From the NCBI GenBank assembly GCA_964388275.1, contig CAYLZD010000010.1, positions 8,023 to 72,022 on the forward strand: a stretch of DNA of 64,000 nt, read 5' to 3'. The notes under the pieces were generated by a model. That model had not been told where the DNA came from and did not search any database. It saw only the letters and a list, made by a program, of their open reading frames with translations. A program made the translations under genes and the position numbers. Position 1 is the stretch's first letter, and each line of letters begins with the position of its first letter. Source of the stretch: an uncultured Chromatiales bacterium (lineage in GTDB: Bacteria; Bacteroidota; Ignavibacteria; SZUA-365). Positions 48,000-57,042 of this stretch are shown piece by piece.

Positions 48000-48045
48000 A
48001 GGGTGAAGGGTGAAGGGTGAAGAGTGAAGAGTGAAGAGTGAAGAG
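47994..48045. repeat. Heptanucleotide microsatellite: (GGGTGAA)x4 then (GAGTGAA)x3 plus GAG, beginning inside the stop codon of the L,D-transpeptidase gene.
   Basis: Read directly: gggtgaa gggtgaa gggtgaa gggtgaa gagtgaa gagtgaa gagtgaa gag. The TGA stop at 47997-47999 lies in the first unit. Confidence 0.9.
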
Positions 48046-48287
48046 ACATGCCTCTCGGTGGCTTTGAACGGCGCGGAGCATAGAGGGCTCGTACTTACCG
48101 CCGGGTCGGCCGGTTCGGATTTCCGGTAGTGTATCGTAATTTGTGCGGGCAGAGAGGTGATTCGTTCCGGAGTGTGTATTCACGCAGTGCCCGTCGAATC
48201 GCAGAGGCAATGGGGCGCCGCGGATAAGCCCCCGGAAACAGACTTCCTAAACCATTGGCCGAGCGCCGTTTACAAGGATTTGCGCAA

Positions 48288-48695
48288 ATGTTGATCAGAT
48301 ATTTTCTCGCATGGTTCGGTCTTATGATACTGGCCGTTTTGAACGGAGGTTTCAGGGAACTGGTCCTTAAATCGGCCATCGGTCCGCGCGCCGCACATTT
48401 GGCATCCACGGCTCTGCTTCTCTTGCTGATCGCCGTTTATCTTTATTTTCTCATTCGTCGTTGGAGCATCCGGTCGATTGGAAAGGCGTGGATGATCGGC
48501 GTAATGTGGCTCCTGATGACGCTGGCTTTCGAAACCATAATGGGCCGCTGCATCAACGGCCATCCCTGGCCGGTCGTATTCGCGGACTACGACATCACTT
48601 CAGGAAGGATGTGGGTGTTGATTCCGCTCTGGACGCTCTTTGCGCCGGTACTGTATTTCAAATCCGGTATCGGAAAAAGCCGACTGCGCGCTTGA
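48288..48695 (+). CDS. Small integral membrane protein (136 aa); hypothetical.
   Basis: Four hydrophobic helices (MLIRYFLAWFGLMILAVL...; ALLLLLIAVYLYFLI; MIGVMWLLMTLAF; MWVLIPLWTLFAPVLYF). Confidence 0.5.
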   Translation: MLIRYFLAWFGLMILAVLNGGFRELVLKSAIGPRAAHLASTALLLLLIAVYLYFLIRRWSIRSIGKAWMIGVMWLLMTLAFETIMGRCINGHPWPVVFADYDITSGRMWVLIPLWTLFAPVLYFKSGIGKSRLRA

Positions 48696-48792
48696 TCCGT
48701 CCAGCCGATTCAGTCTATTCCGCTTATTTGTCTGTCAACAAATATTCCCCATAAATGATCCATTTCTCGAACCATCCAGAGTCCACTTGTCC

Positions 48793-50079
48793 ATGAACAT
48801 CCTCGTCATCGGCGGCGGAGGCCGCGAACACGCCATCTGCTGGAAGCTCGGCAAAAGCCCCACGGCCGGCAAAATTTATTGCGCACCCGGCAACGGAGGC
48901 ACGGCCCGCGTTGCTGAAAACATCCCGATACAGGCCACCGACGTGCCGGCTTTGCTGGACTTCGCTCTCACGCATGGAATCGCGCTCACGGTAGTAGGAC
49001 CCGAAGCCCCGCTGGCGGCCGGACTTGCGGACGTTTTCCGTGAGCACGGGCTGCGCGTCTTCGGTCCGTCACGGACGGCCGCGCAGCTCGAGACGAGCAA
49101 GGCCTTCGCAAAGGACTTCATGCGCAGGCGGCGTATCCCGACGGCGGAATACAGGACTTTCAACGCTGAACAGGTCGATCTCTTGCGCGATTTCCTCCGG
49201 GACGCGCGATATCCGCTTGTGCTCAAGGCCGACGGTCTGGCGGCAGGCAAGGGAGTGCTCATCGTCAACGAATACGGCGAGGCGTTCGCGGAGGCCGAAT
49301 CGATGCTCAACGGCGACGCTTTCGGCGAAGCCGGGCGCACCGTCGTCGCGGAGGAGTATCTCACCGGCATAGAGGCCTCGGTTTTCGCGCTCACCGACGG
49401 AAAACGCTTCGCCACGCTGTCTCCAGCACAGGATCACAAGCGCATACTCGACAACGACGAGGGCAGAAACACCGGCGGCATGGGCGCCTATGCGCCCACT
49501 CCGTTCGTTGGTACCGAGGTGCTGGCGGAAATCAAAATCAGGATCATCAAACCCGTCATAGACGGCATGCTGGCCGAAGGAAATCCGTACAACGGAGTTC
49601 TTTACGTCGGCGTCATGCTTACCGGCGACGGTCCGAAAGTGCTGGAGTTCAATTGCCGTTTCGGCGATCCTGAAACACAGGTAGTGCTGCCTCTCGTCGA
49701 CGAGGATCTCGCCGCGCTCCTCCACGATATAGCGGGAGGAGAACTTCGCAGCACACGTATTAAGCTGCATGATGCGAATGCAGTTTGCGTGATCATGGCC
49801 TCCAGCGGGTATCCGGATTCCTATGAAACCGGGAAAGTGATATCAGGATTGGAGAGCATAGACGAAGAGAACGAGGGAGTGCTGGTATTCCATTCAGGAA
49901 CGCGTCACAGTGGAAACTCGGTGCTTACCGCCGGCGGACGCGTGCTGGGCGTGACCGCGCTCGGCGAAGGACTCGACCTGCGCCCGACCATCAGCCGCGC
50001 ATACAGCGCCATTCAGCGCATACGCTTCGACGGAGCATATTACAGAACGGACATCGGAAGGAAAGCGCTGGAATACTGA
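48793..50079 (+). CDS. purD: Phosphoribosylamine--glycine ligase.
   Basis: MNILVIGGGGREHAICWKL...APGNGG is the PurD N-terminus. The ATP-grasp middle has KADGLAAGKGV and the C-terminus has VFHSGT...LTAGGRVLGVTALG. Confidence 0.9.
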   Translation: MNILVIGGGGREHAICWKLGKSPTAGKIYCAPGNGGTARVAENIPIQATDVPALLDFALTHGIALTVVGPEAPLAAGLADVFREHGLRVFGPSRTAAQLETSKAFAKDFMRRRRIPTAEYRTFNAEQVDLLRDFLRDARYPLVLKADGLAAGKGVLIVNEYGEAFAEAESMLNGDAFGEAGRTVVAEEYLTGIEASVFALTDGKRFATLSPAQDHKRILDNDEGRNTGGMGAYAPTPFVGTEVLAEIKIRIIKPVIDGMLAEGNPYNGVLYVGVMLTGDGPKVLEFNCRFGDPETQVVLPLVDEDLAALLHDIAGGELRSTRIKLHDANAVCVIMASSGYPDSYETGKVISGLESIDEENEGVLVFHSGTRHSGNSVLTAGGRVLGVTALGEGLDLRPTISRAYSAIQRIRFDGAYYRTDIGRKALEY

Positions 50080-50444
50080 GCGGCGCGCCGGATCGCACAT
50101 CGACCCGGCGGGGCTGCGCGGGTATTTGCCGCGATTGCCGGCTTTGCCTGACTTTATTCGGATAAATGTCTATACTCGCTCCATAGTAGGCCAAACCTTC
50201 ACAAAATGGAGGAAAAAGGAAGGTATGTGTATCCTGATTACAGGTATTCATTCCTGCACGGACGTTTAACCGTCCGGATGAAGCAAGTAAAAGTCAGTTA
50301 ATCCGGCATAGCCGGGAAGTATTCCCGAATTGATAAAACAGTCGATTCAACGGGGATATGAAATCAGACAATGAACATTGCTCATTGATCGAGGAAAAAC
50401 AGCGGCATGTACGTCGCTAAGAAAAGGCGCCGAAGAAATGCTAA

Positions 50445-51547
50445 AATCGGCTGTTCACTATAGGTTACGGCAGCGCCGCGGTTAACGAAGCATTACTGAC
50501 GGAGCTTGCGCGCGAATCAGGGGCAAAATATTTCCGCGTATTCGGCGCTGCACAGCTCGCTGAAGTATTCGCGTCGATTGCATCCGAAATTACCTTTCCC
50601 GGCTGCATAATTCGATGGCAGGCGCCCGACTGCATGGACAGTGTGCGATTCATTCATATGGAGGCCTTGGTATGGCGAAATACGGTTGTGTGGGATAGTC
50701 TCGTTCGCTTTCCCAACAGGCCGGACACTCTGGAACTGCGCGTAGAAGCGCCGTCGGAAATAACGCCCGGCGGTTTCGCGATAGCATACATCAGACTGCT
50801 CCCGCGTATCCATACCGGTCTCCTGGTATCCTTCAGCTTTCTGTTCCGATCATAGCGTGGATTGCGGCGCCCTCAGAAGTTTCAACAGGGAATGACTTCC
50901 AGTGCGATGTCTATTTACTCGATACTGCAAATTCCACTATTCCGATGGTGCGATGCGTCTTTGGACTATGATGCCTCGTTGCTGGAGGTTGCTTCGGTAA
51001 GCGTCGGCAACGCGGACGCAGCGCGTGCAGGTCTGCTTTGGGACCTGCCTCACGGCGGTCGTTTGCGCATTCGGTCGTCGGTATCGTTCCCTGCTCTTAC
51101 TCAACCGGTAGCCCTTCGTGTGCTGTTCAAATCACGAATGAAAAAGGACCCGCGCCGATCGAATTGATCCTGCCTCACGTCAATGCATGGTCGCGCTGTT
51201 GCACCGGTCAACACTCCGATACGGCGGCGCGATTTCTGTTGGACGGGTACTGCACGAAAGTGATGACGCGCCTCGGATCTCTATGGCTCGACGGGAGCAT
51301 ACCGCATCTCATGAAGGACCGGGGCAACATACGGTTCCGCATTCCTGAAGTCATGGACGGCGGCGAGGCCCTGCTCATCCTGTACGACCTGCGCGGCGCA
51401 GCACAGCGCGTCCTTTACAGAGGAGCTGTTTCGGCGGGCGAGTATATAGCCGAATTCGACGCTTCCTCACTCGAACCCGGCGCCTACGTTTGCGCCCTGC
51501 ACGCCGCTGGTCAGACAACAGCGCGCATGCTGTTGATTCGACGATGA
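50445..51547 (+). pseudogene. Decayed paralog of the vWA-domain T9SS cargo gene (compare 5349-7619). It has a 5' truncation, an in-frame TAG at 50853 and a frameshift before the CTD-encoding end.
   Basis: The frame from 50445 encodes FTIGYGSAAVNEALLTELARESGAKYFRVFGAAQLAEVFASIASEI...C.IRW, homologous to VYTIGLGVHIDTAMLRDIAMRSGGRFF...VYRAIA of the intact gene. The same frame continues after TAG to 51167. A different frame (51038-51547) encodes a T9SS CTD (EALLILYDLRGAAQRVLYRGAVSAGEYIAEFDASSLEPGAYVCALHAAGQTTARMLLI). The N-terminal half of the vWA domain is absent. Confidence 0.55.
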
Positions 51548-51625
51548 AGAAAGGAGGAAAGCAGAAAGTTATATTGAAATCACCAATTCCCTGGTTCCCG
51601 GCGCCCAGGTCCCGATTCCCGGTCC

Positions 51626-52006
51626 CTATTCTCCACCCCCTCTCCTCACGCAATCGAACAAACTGCCGAGCAGCGTTATGACGCCGAGAACCAGCACGGC
51701 GATTATCCAGCTTCGCACGGCCGTGTTGTACTCGTAGTTCCCCCAGATGTGTGCCGCGTGCCACGGCGAATTGAAGCCCAGCCAAATCAGACCGAGAAAG
51801 AGCAGGGCTGTGATCGCGACGTGGAGGCCCATGAGCAGATATCTCGTGCGCCTCGTCAAGCGGGCGGTGATCTGGTACTTGTAGAGAAATATGTAAAAAA
51901 TAATCAAGCCCAGTATGCCGACCGATACCGCTATGAGTCCGTTGATGTCGGGGAAGCCGGCTATCGGCGGGATGAGGGACAGGAGCCGGAGCGCCGCCGC
52001 GGTCAT
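51626..52006 (-). CDS. Small membrane protein (about 126 aa); hypothetical.
   Basis: Three to four TM helices (MTAAALRLLSLIPPIAGF...; LIAVSVGILGLIIFYIFLY; LLMGLHVAITALLFLGLIWLGF; IIAVLVLGVITLLGSLF). The start is chosen at an internal Met to avoid overlap with the convergent ALDH gene. Confidence 0.45.
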   Translation of the reverse strand: MTAAALRLLSLIPPIAGFPDINGLIAVSVGILGLIIFYIFLYKYQITARLTRRTRYLLMGLHVAITALLFLGLIWLGFNSPWHAAHIWGNYEYNTAVRSWIIAVLVLGVITLLGSLFDCVRRGGGE

Positions 52007-52113
52007 CGGCAGAATACCGATAATCACCAAGGGATAATACCCCAGAAGCTTCCCATGCCGGGGATCCCGTCCCGTGCGGGATTGCGGAGTTGATGAAATG
52101 TTATTCACGTCGT

Positions 52114-53478
52114 TCAAGCTATCCAGACCGTCTTTATGTTCACGAACTCGCGTATTCCGTATGTTCCCAATTCGCGCCCGAAGCCGGATTTCCTGATTCC
52201 GCCGAACGGGAGCCGAGGATCCGATTTTACCAGACCGTTGATGAAAACGCTTCCCGCCTCTATGCGCGCGGCCAGCGCCTCGGCGCGCGCCGTATCGGCG
52301 GTCCATATGCTGGCGCCGAGTCCGAATTCCGTGGCGTTCGCGATGTCGATAGCGTGATCCTCGTCACGCGCGCGTATCACGGCTGCCGTTGGTCCGAACA
52401 ACTCCTCGCTCCAGGCCGGCATGCCGGGCGATACTTCGTCCAGCACGGTCGGAGGATAAAATGCGCCCCGGTCCGGCAGGCGCTCGCCGCCAAGCAGCAG
52501 CCGGGCGCCGGAGGCGACGGACGCTTTCACTTGCGCATCGAGCTCGAGGAGCAGATCTTCACGCGCCAGCGGACCGATATCGACGGCCGGATCCAGCGGA
52601 TCGCCCACCCGTTTCGCGCTCATGGCGGAGACGAAGCGATCGATAAAAGCGCCTGCGGCGCCGGGCGTGACTATGAAACGCTTCGCGGCGATGCAGCTCT
52701 GCCCGCCGTTTATGCAGCGGGCCGTTGCGGCCGTCGAAGCGGCCGCCTCCATGTCCGCGTCGTCGAGCACTATGAATGGATCGGCGCCGCCGAGTTCCAA
52801 TACGCACTTTTTGACGACGGAACCCGCGGCGGAAGCCACGGCGGCGCCCGCTGCTTCGCTGCCCGTCAGAGTCGCCGCCGCAACGAGAGGATTGCGGATC
52901 ACAGACTCGACGGCCGCGGACTCTATCGGCAGAGTCCGGAAGGCGTTTTGCGGGAATCCCGCCCCGCTGAAAGTCTCTTCAATGTTCAACGCACAGCGGG
53001 TCACGTTGGACGCATGTTTCAACAGCGCGGTATTCCCGGCCATGAGCGCAGGCGCGGCGAAGCGGAAAACCTGCCAGAACGGAAAATTCCATGGCATTAC
53101 CGCCAGAACTGGGCCGATTGGATCGAAGCGCACATAGGCCATGCTGCCGTCTGATGACGCGGATTCGGGCGCCAGCATGCGTTCCGCATGCTCTGCGTAA
53201 AAATCGCATACCCGGGCGCATTTGTCGATTTCAGCGGCGCCTTGGGCCACGGGCTTTCCCATTTCCTTCGCCATCGTGACCGCATGGCGCTCCCGGTCCC
53301 GCCTCAGCAGATCGGCGGCGGCGCGCATCCTGTCTGATCTCTCGGTGAAAGCCGTCCTCCGCCATATTTTGAACGCCTCGTATGCTTCCTGCACCGCGAG
53401 GGCGATTTCATCCTCATCGTAAGTTCTGAACCGTTCTATTTCCTTGCCGCTGGATGGGTTGATGGAGATGAGACTCAT
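52114..53478 (-). CDS. NAD(P)-dependent aldehyde dehydrogenase (succinate-semialdehyde dehydrogenase-like).
   Basis: ALDH signatures are present: VLELGGADP (the ELGG Glu active site), GQSCIAAKRF (the catalytic Cys) and FGPTAAVIRARDEDHAIDIANATEFGL. AGGAG lies 6 nt upstream of the ATG at 53478. Confidence 0.85.
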   Translation of the reverse strand: MSLISINPSSGKEIERFRTYDEDEIALAVQEAYEAFKIWRRTAFTERSDRMRAAADLLRRDRERHAVTMAKEMGKPVAQGAAEIDKCARVCDFYAEHAERMLAPESASSDGSMAYVRFDPIGPVLAVMPWNFPFWQVFRFAAPALMAGNTALLKHASNVTRCALNIEETFSGAGFPQNAFRTLPIESAAVESVIRNPLVAAATLTGSEAAGAAVASAAGSVVKKCVLELGGADPFIVLDDADMEAAASTAATARCINGGQSCIAAKRFIVTPGAAGAFIDRFVSAMSAKRVGDPLDPAVDIGPLAREDLLLELDAQVKASVASGARLLLGGERLPDRGAFYPPTVLDEVSPGMPAWSEELFGPTAAVIRARDEDHAIDIANATEFGLGASIWTADTARAEALAARIEAGSVFINGLVKSDPRLPFGGIRKSGFGRELGTYGIREFVNIKTVWIA

Positions 53479-53670
53479 GATCTGCTCCTGATACGGCGTG
53501 ATGCGAAGGATTTTCCTGAAAATCCGCATTATCAACAAGCTATGCAAGCGTCTCGCCGCTACCGGTTCTCCCGTAAAGCCGCGGACCGGCCTGCGGGTTG
53601 TCCTTGCGCCTGTATTGCACAGTTTCCGGATTCATGTATTTTCGGTCGATCCTCAACTCGCGCAAGAATT

Positions 53671-55362
53671 ATGACAGATAACCTTTCATTCCATCTCGCC
53701 GGGGACGGCACGCTGGAACGCGTCGAAAAAGCGCGCTCAATGCCCGGGTACGAGCCCGGCCTGCAGCATCCGAACATAGCTTCGCTGCTTCATGACAGGG
53801 CCGCGGAGCACGGCGCCAAATCGTGGCTAATCTTCTACGATGAGAACGGAGAACGCGTCGAAATATCCTTCGGGCGCTTTCACGGACTGGTCCGCCGCGC
53901 GGCGCACCTGCTCGAAACGCGCGGCATCAGCCGGGGCGACCGCGTGTGTATCGTCGCGCACAATCATCCCGGAACCGTGGCGCAATGCTTCGCGGCCTGG
54001 TATGTGGGAGCGGCGGTGGTTCCGGTGAATGTTGGCGAAAACGACAATCGGATCGCTCATATTGTCGAGCATTCCGGAGCAAGGCTGGCATTCGTCCGCT
54101 CCCGCTACATCGAGCGCTTCAGGCACATAGCGAACGCGATTCCTTCGCTCGGGATGATCATAGAGGCCGGGACCGACGTTTCTGGCAGTTTCCCCTCCTT
54201 TCATGAGGAACTGGACCGCGCTGATCCGGATTTTGAACCCCGAGAGCCGGCCATATTTTCGGACGATGCCCTCATCGTGTATACATCAGGCACCACGGGG
54301 GCGCCTAAAGGAGTTGTGCTGGACCAGGGCAATCTTCTCTCCGACGCCTGCGAAATCGCAGTCCGGCACCGCATCGACCAGGACCAGCGCATGATGTGCG
54401 TCCTGCCTCTGCATCACGTCAACGGCATCGTCGTGACACTGCTCACGCCGATGGTCGCCGGAAGCGGGGTGCTGCTGGAACGGAAATTCAGCACCGGAAA
54501 ATTCTTCGAGAGGATCGAGGCGGAGGACGTTCGTGTCGCCAGCGTGGTTCCCACGCTGCTGCAATACTTGTTGCACGACGCGCCGGATCGCCGCGGTTAC
54601 GACCTGTCTCGTTTCCGGCATGTCATTTGCGGCGCGGGGCCTCTGACCTGCGAACTCGCGGCGCGTTTCGAGCAGCGTTTCGGCATACCTGTCATCCACG
54701 GGTATGGGCTCTCCGAGACCACATGCTACTCGTCTTTCCTGCCTGTCGATCTTGCCCGGTCCGAACACGACCGATGGATGCAGTCTTACGGTTTCCCGTC
54801 CATCGGAACTCCCCTTCCATGCAACGAGATGGACATACATGGTCCCGGCGGTGTAACCATGCCAGCCGGCGAGCGCGGCGAGATCGTCATCCGCGGCGCC
54901 AATGTGATGAAATACTATTTCGGCGACCCGGGTGCGAACACTGAGGCCTTCGCACACGGATGGTTCAGATCGGGTGATGAGGGTTTTTTTCTGAACGATG
55001 AAAAAGGCGAAAGGTATTTCTTCATCACGGGACGAATAAAGGAATTGATAATCCGGGGCGGGGTGAATATCGCTCCGCTTGAAGTGGACGAAGTTTTGAA
55101 TTCCTGCCAGGGTGTCAAAGCCGGCATAGCCGTCGGTTTCGAAAACGACTGGTACGGAGAGGAAGTCGGCGCTCTTGTGATCCGCGCGGATCCTTCGATT
55201 ACCGAACAGCAGGTGCTGTCTCACTGCTCGTCCCTTCCAGCGCCGAAACGCCCAAAAGTGGTCCTGTTTGCAGAAGAACTCCCTGTCACATCAACCGGCA
55301 AATACCAGCGCGGCAAGGTGAAGCATCTGTTCGAGCAATGGAAATCAGTACAGTTTCATTAG
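53671..55362 (+). CDS. AMP-dependent synthetase/ligase (acyl-CoA synthetase family).
   Basis: YTSGTTGAPKGV (the AMP-binding P-loop), GYGLSETT, and a C-terminal GRIKELIIRGGVNIAPLEVDEVL...GKYQRGKV. Confidence 0.85.
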   Translation: MTDNLSFHLAGDGTLERVEKARSMPGYEPGLQHPNIASLLHDRAAEHGAKSWLIFYDENGERVEISFGRFHGLVRRAAHLLETRGISRGDRVCIVAHNHPGTVAQCFAAWYVGAAVVPVNVGENDNRIAHIVEHSGARLAFVRSRYIERFRHIANAIPSLGMIIEAGTDVSGSFPSFHEELDRADPDFEPREPAIFSDDALIVYTSGTTGAPKGVVLDQGNLLSDACEIAVRHRIDQDQRMMCVLPLHHVNGIVVTLLTPMVAGSGVLLERKFSTGKFFERIEAEDVRVASVVPTLLQYLLHDAPDRRGYDLSRFRHVICGAGPLTCELAARFEQRFGIPVIHGYGLSETTCYSSFLPVDLARSEHDRWMQSYGFPSIGTPLPCNEMDIHGPGGVTMPAGERGEIVIRGANVMKYYFGDPGANTEAFAHGWFRSGDEGFFLNDEKGERYFFITGRIKELIIRGGVNIAPLEVDEVLNSCQGVKAGIAVGFENDWYGEEVGALVIRADPSITEQQVLSHCSSLPAPKRPKVVLFAEELPVTSTGKYQRGKVKHLFEQWKSVQFH

Positions 55363-55433
55363 ATGATGATTTTCAGCACGTGCGGCCGATCGCAGAATGA
55401 CGAATAGACCCTTCCATTGCTCAGCAACTGAAA

Positions 55434-57011
55434 TCACCTTTTAACGCTCATCATCCTCGTCTCGACCGATCCTCGTGACTCCAGCCGGTACAAGTAAGTT
55501 CCGCTCGCGAGCCGGCCGGCATCGAAGACGGCTTCGTGTGTGCCGGGCGCAAGGTGCGCGTCCAGAACGACAGCCGCTTCACGTCCCAGAACGTCATAAA
55601 CGCGCAGCGACGCGCGGCCGCCCGGCACAGTGAACCTGAACCTTGTAACGGCGCCGGATGCGAGTGAAACGGGATTGGGATGGTTCTGTTCCAGGTTAAA
55701 ACCAAGCGCCGGCGCTTTTCCGCTTCCGGTCGCCTGCTCCTCGAAAATGGACAGGGCCGGCCATTCGCCTTTCAGCACCAAAGAGGCGTCCCCAGCGCCG
55801 GCGCCGAACCATTGCCGCAGGACGCTCGCATAGGCGCTCTTGAAATCGAATTCGTGAGTGATATCGCCCTTCACGAGGTTGGCGAGATCCGGATCGCGCC
55901 CGATCACTCCGCCGCGCACCTTCGGCCCGATGAAGAACATCGGCGCCGCAGTGCCGTGATCCGTGCCTTCCTTGCCTGAACCCATGCTGTTGGCCTGGGC
56001 GCGCCGTCCGAACTCCGACACTGTCATCAGGGCCGTGCGGTCGGCTGCTCCCAAAGCGGCCAGATCCTGGAAAAACGCCGCGATTCCGTCGCTCATGTCC
56101 GTCAACAGTTTCAGATGCCGGGGTTTCTGATCCGAATGCGTGTCATAGCCGCGCTGAGTGATTATGTACAGCGGCGTCTCAAGACCGCCTGCAATTAGAC
56201 GAGCGACGAGCTTGAGTTGAGTTGAAACCGTTCCGGCGGGATAGGTGACGGCATTCGGGAATTTATTGTATGCGTCGCGCACGGGGGTCGCGTAGGATAT
56301 CGCTTCGGCGGCGATGCGTTGAATGTAGTCGAGTTCCAGCCCGGCCGGCGTGGATAGGTCCGGCTGACCGGCGCCGCTGATGTCCGTGCCCGAAATGATG
56401 CGGTAGAATTGTTCCGGATCGTTCACCGCCATTCCCATGGGATAAACCGGGCCTTGCAGCATCAATGCCGTGGTCGTGCCGATCTGAAGCGCCATGGGGT
56501 GCGCCGGCGCTTTGTCCGGATATTCCGGGAAGCGCTGCTCCAGGTAGCGTCCCAGCCAGCCGTCGTAGAGGTAGGTGTCCGCATCGGGCGGATTGCTGTT
56601 GTTGCTCGCGGTGAACCAGATATCCGTTGAGCGGAAGTGAGAGCGGTTCGGATTGTTATAGCCCACGTTTTGCACCACCGCCACATCGCCGGAGTCGTAC
56701 AAGCTCTTGATGCCGCTCATGCCGGGATTCAGGCCGAGCGTCGAATTCAGCGGCAGCGAGTCGTTGATCGCGAGGGCGCCGCGGAATTGATGATACAGCG
56801 GATCGGTGTGCGGAACCACCGTGTTCAAACCGTCGTTTCCTCCGTCCAGTTGCAGAACCACGAGCACCCGGTCGCCGGCTGCCGCTGCAAGACGCGCGAG
56901 CAGGGCCGTCCGTCCGTATGCGCGGGCCGAGTACCTGCCGAGAATGGGTATCACCGCTCCTGCGCAGAGTCCCGCCGCTGCGCTCTTCTTGATGAAAGAT
57001 CTGCGTTTCAT
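55434..57011 (-). CDS. DUF1501 (sulfatase-like) protein with a TAT-type signal peptide and a C-terminal T9SS sorting domain.
   Basis: The N-terminus is MKRRSFIKKSAAAGLCAGA (twin-arginine). The DUF1501 core is SEFGRRAQANSMGSGKEGTDHGTAAPMFFIGPKVRGGVIG. The C-terminus NHPNPVSLASGAVTRFRFTVPGGRASLRVYDVLGREAAVV...GTYLYRLESRGSVETRMMSVKR fits a T9SS CTD. Confidence 0.8.
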   Translation of the reverse strand: MKRRSFIKKSAAAGLCAGAVIPILGRYSARAYGRTALLARLAAAAGDRVLVVLQLDGGNDGLNTVVPHTDPLYHQFRGALAINDSLPLNSTLGLNPGMSGIKSLYDSGDVAVVQNVGYNNPNRSHFRSTDIWFTASNNSNPPDADTYLYDGWLGRYLEQRFPEYPDKAPAHPMALQIGTTTALMLQGPVYPMGMAVNDPEQFYRIISGTDISGAGQPDLSTPAGLELDYIQRIAAEAISYATPVRDAYNKFPNAVTYPAGTVSTQLKLVARLIAGGLETPLYIITQRGYDTHSDQKPRHLKLLTDMSDGIAAFFQDLAALGAADRTALMTVSEFGRRAQANSMGSGKEGTDHGTAAPMFFIGPKVRGGVIGRDPDLANLVKGDITHEFDFKSAYASVLRQWFGAGAGDASLVLKGEWPALSIFEEQATGSGKAPALGFNLEQNHPNPVSLASGAVTRFRFTVPGGRASLRVYDVLGREAAVVLDAHLAPGTHEAVFDAGRLASGTYLYRLESRGSVETRMMSVKR

Positions 57012-57042
57012 GTCGGCCTCCTGTTCGGCGCTCTGTGTGGAA

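Noticed and set aside
50206-50301. 31-codon ORF (MEEKGRYVYPDYRYSFLHGRLTVRMKQVKVS) in the AT-rich island
   Set aside because: It is too short and has no recognisable family; it may be a chance ORF in AT-rich DNA. It is mentioned only in the AT-rich-island finding.
51626-52306. The full 226-aa minus-strand ORF
   Set aside because: The N-terminal 100 residues are Arg-rich and low-complexity, and overlap the 3' end of the convergent aldehyde dehydrogenase gene. Only the C-terminal membrane portion (51626-52006) is called, at low confidence.
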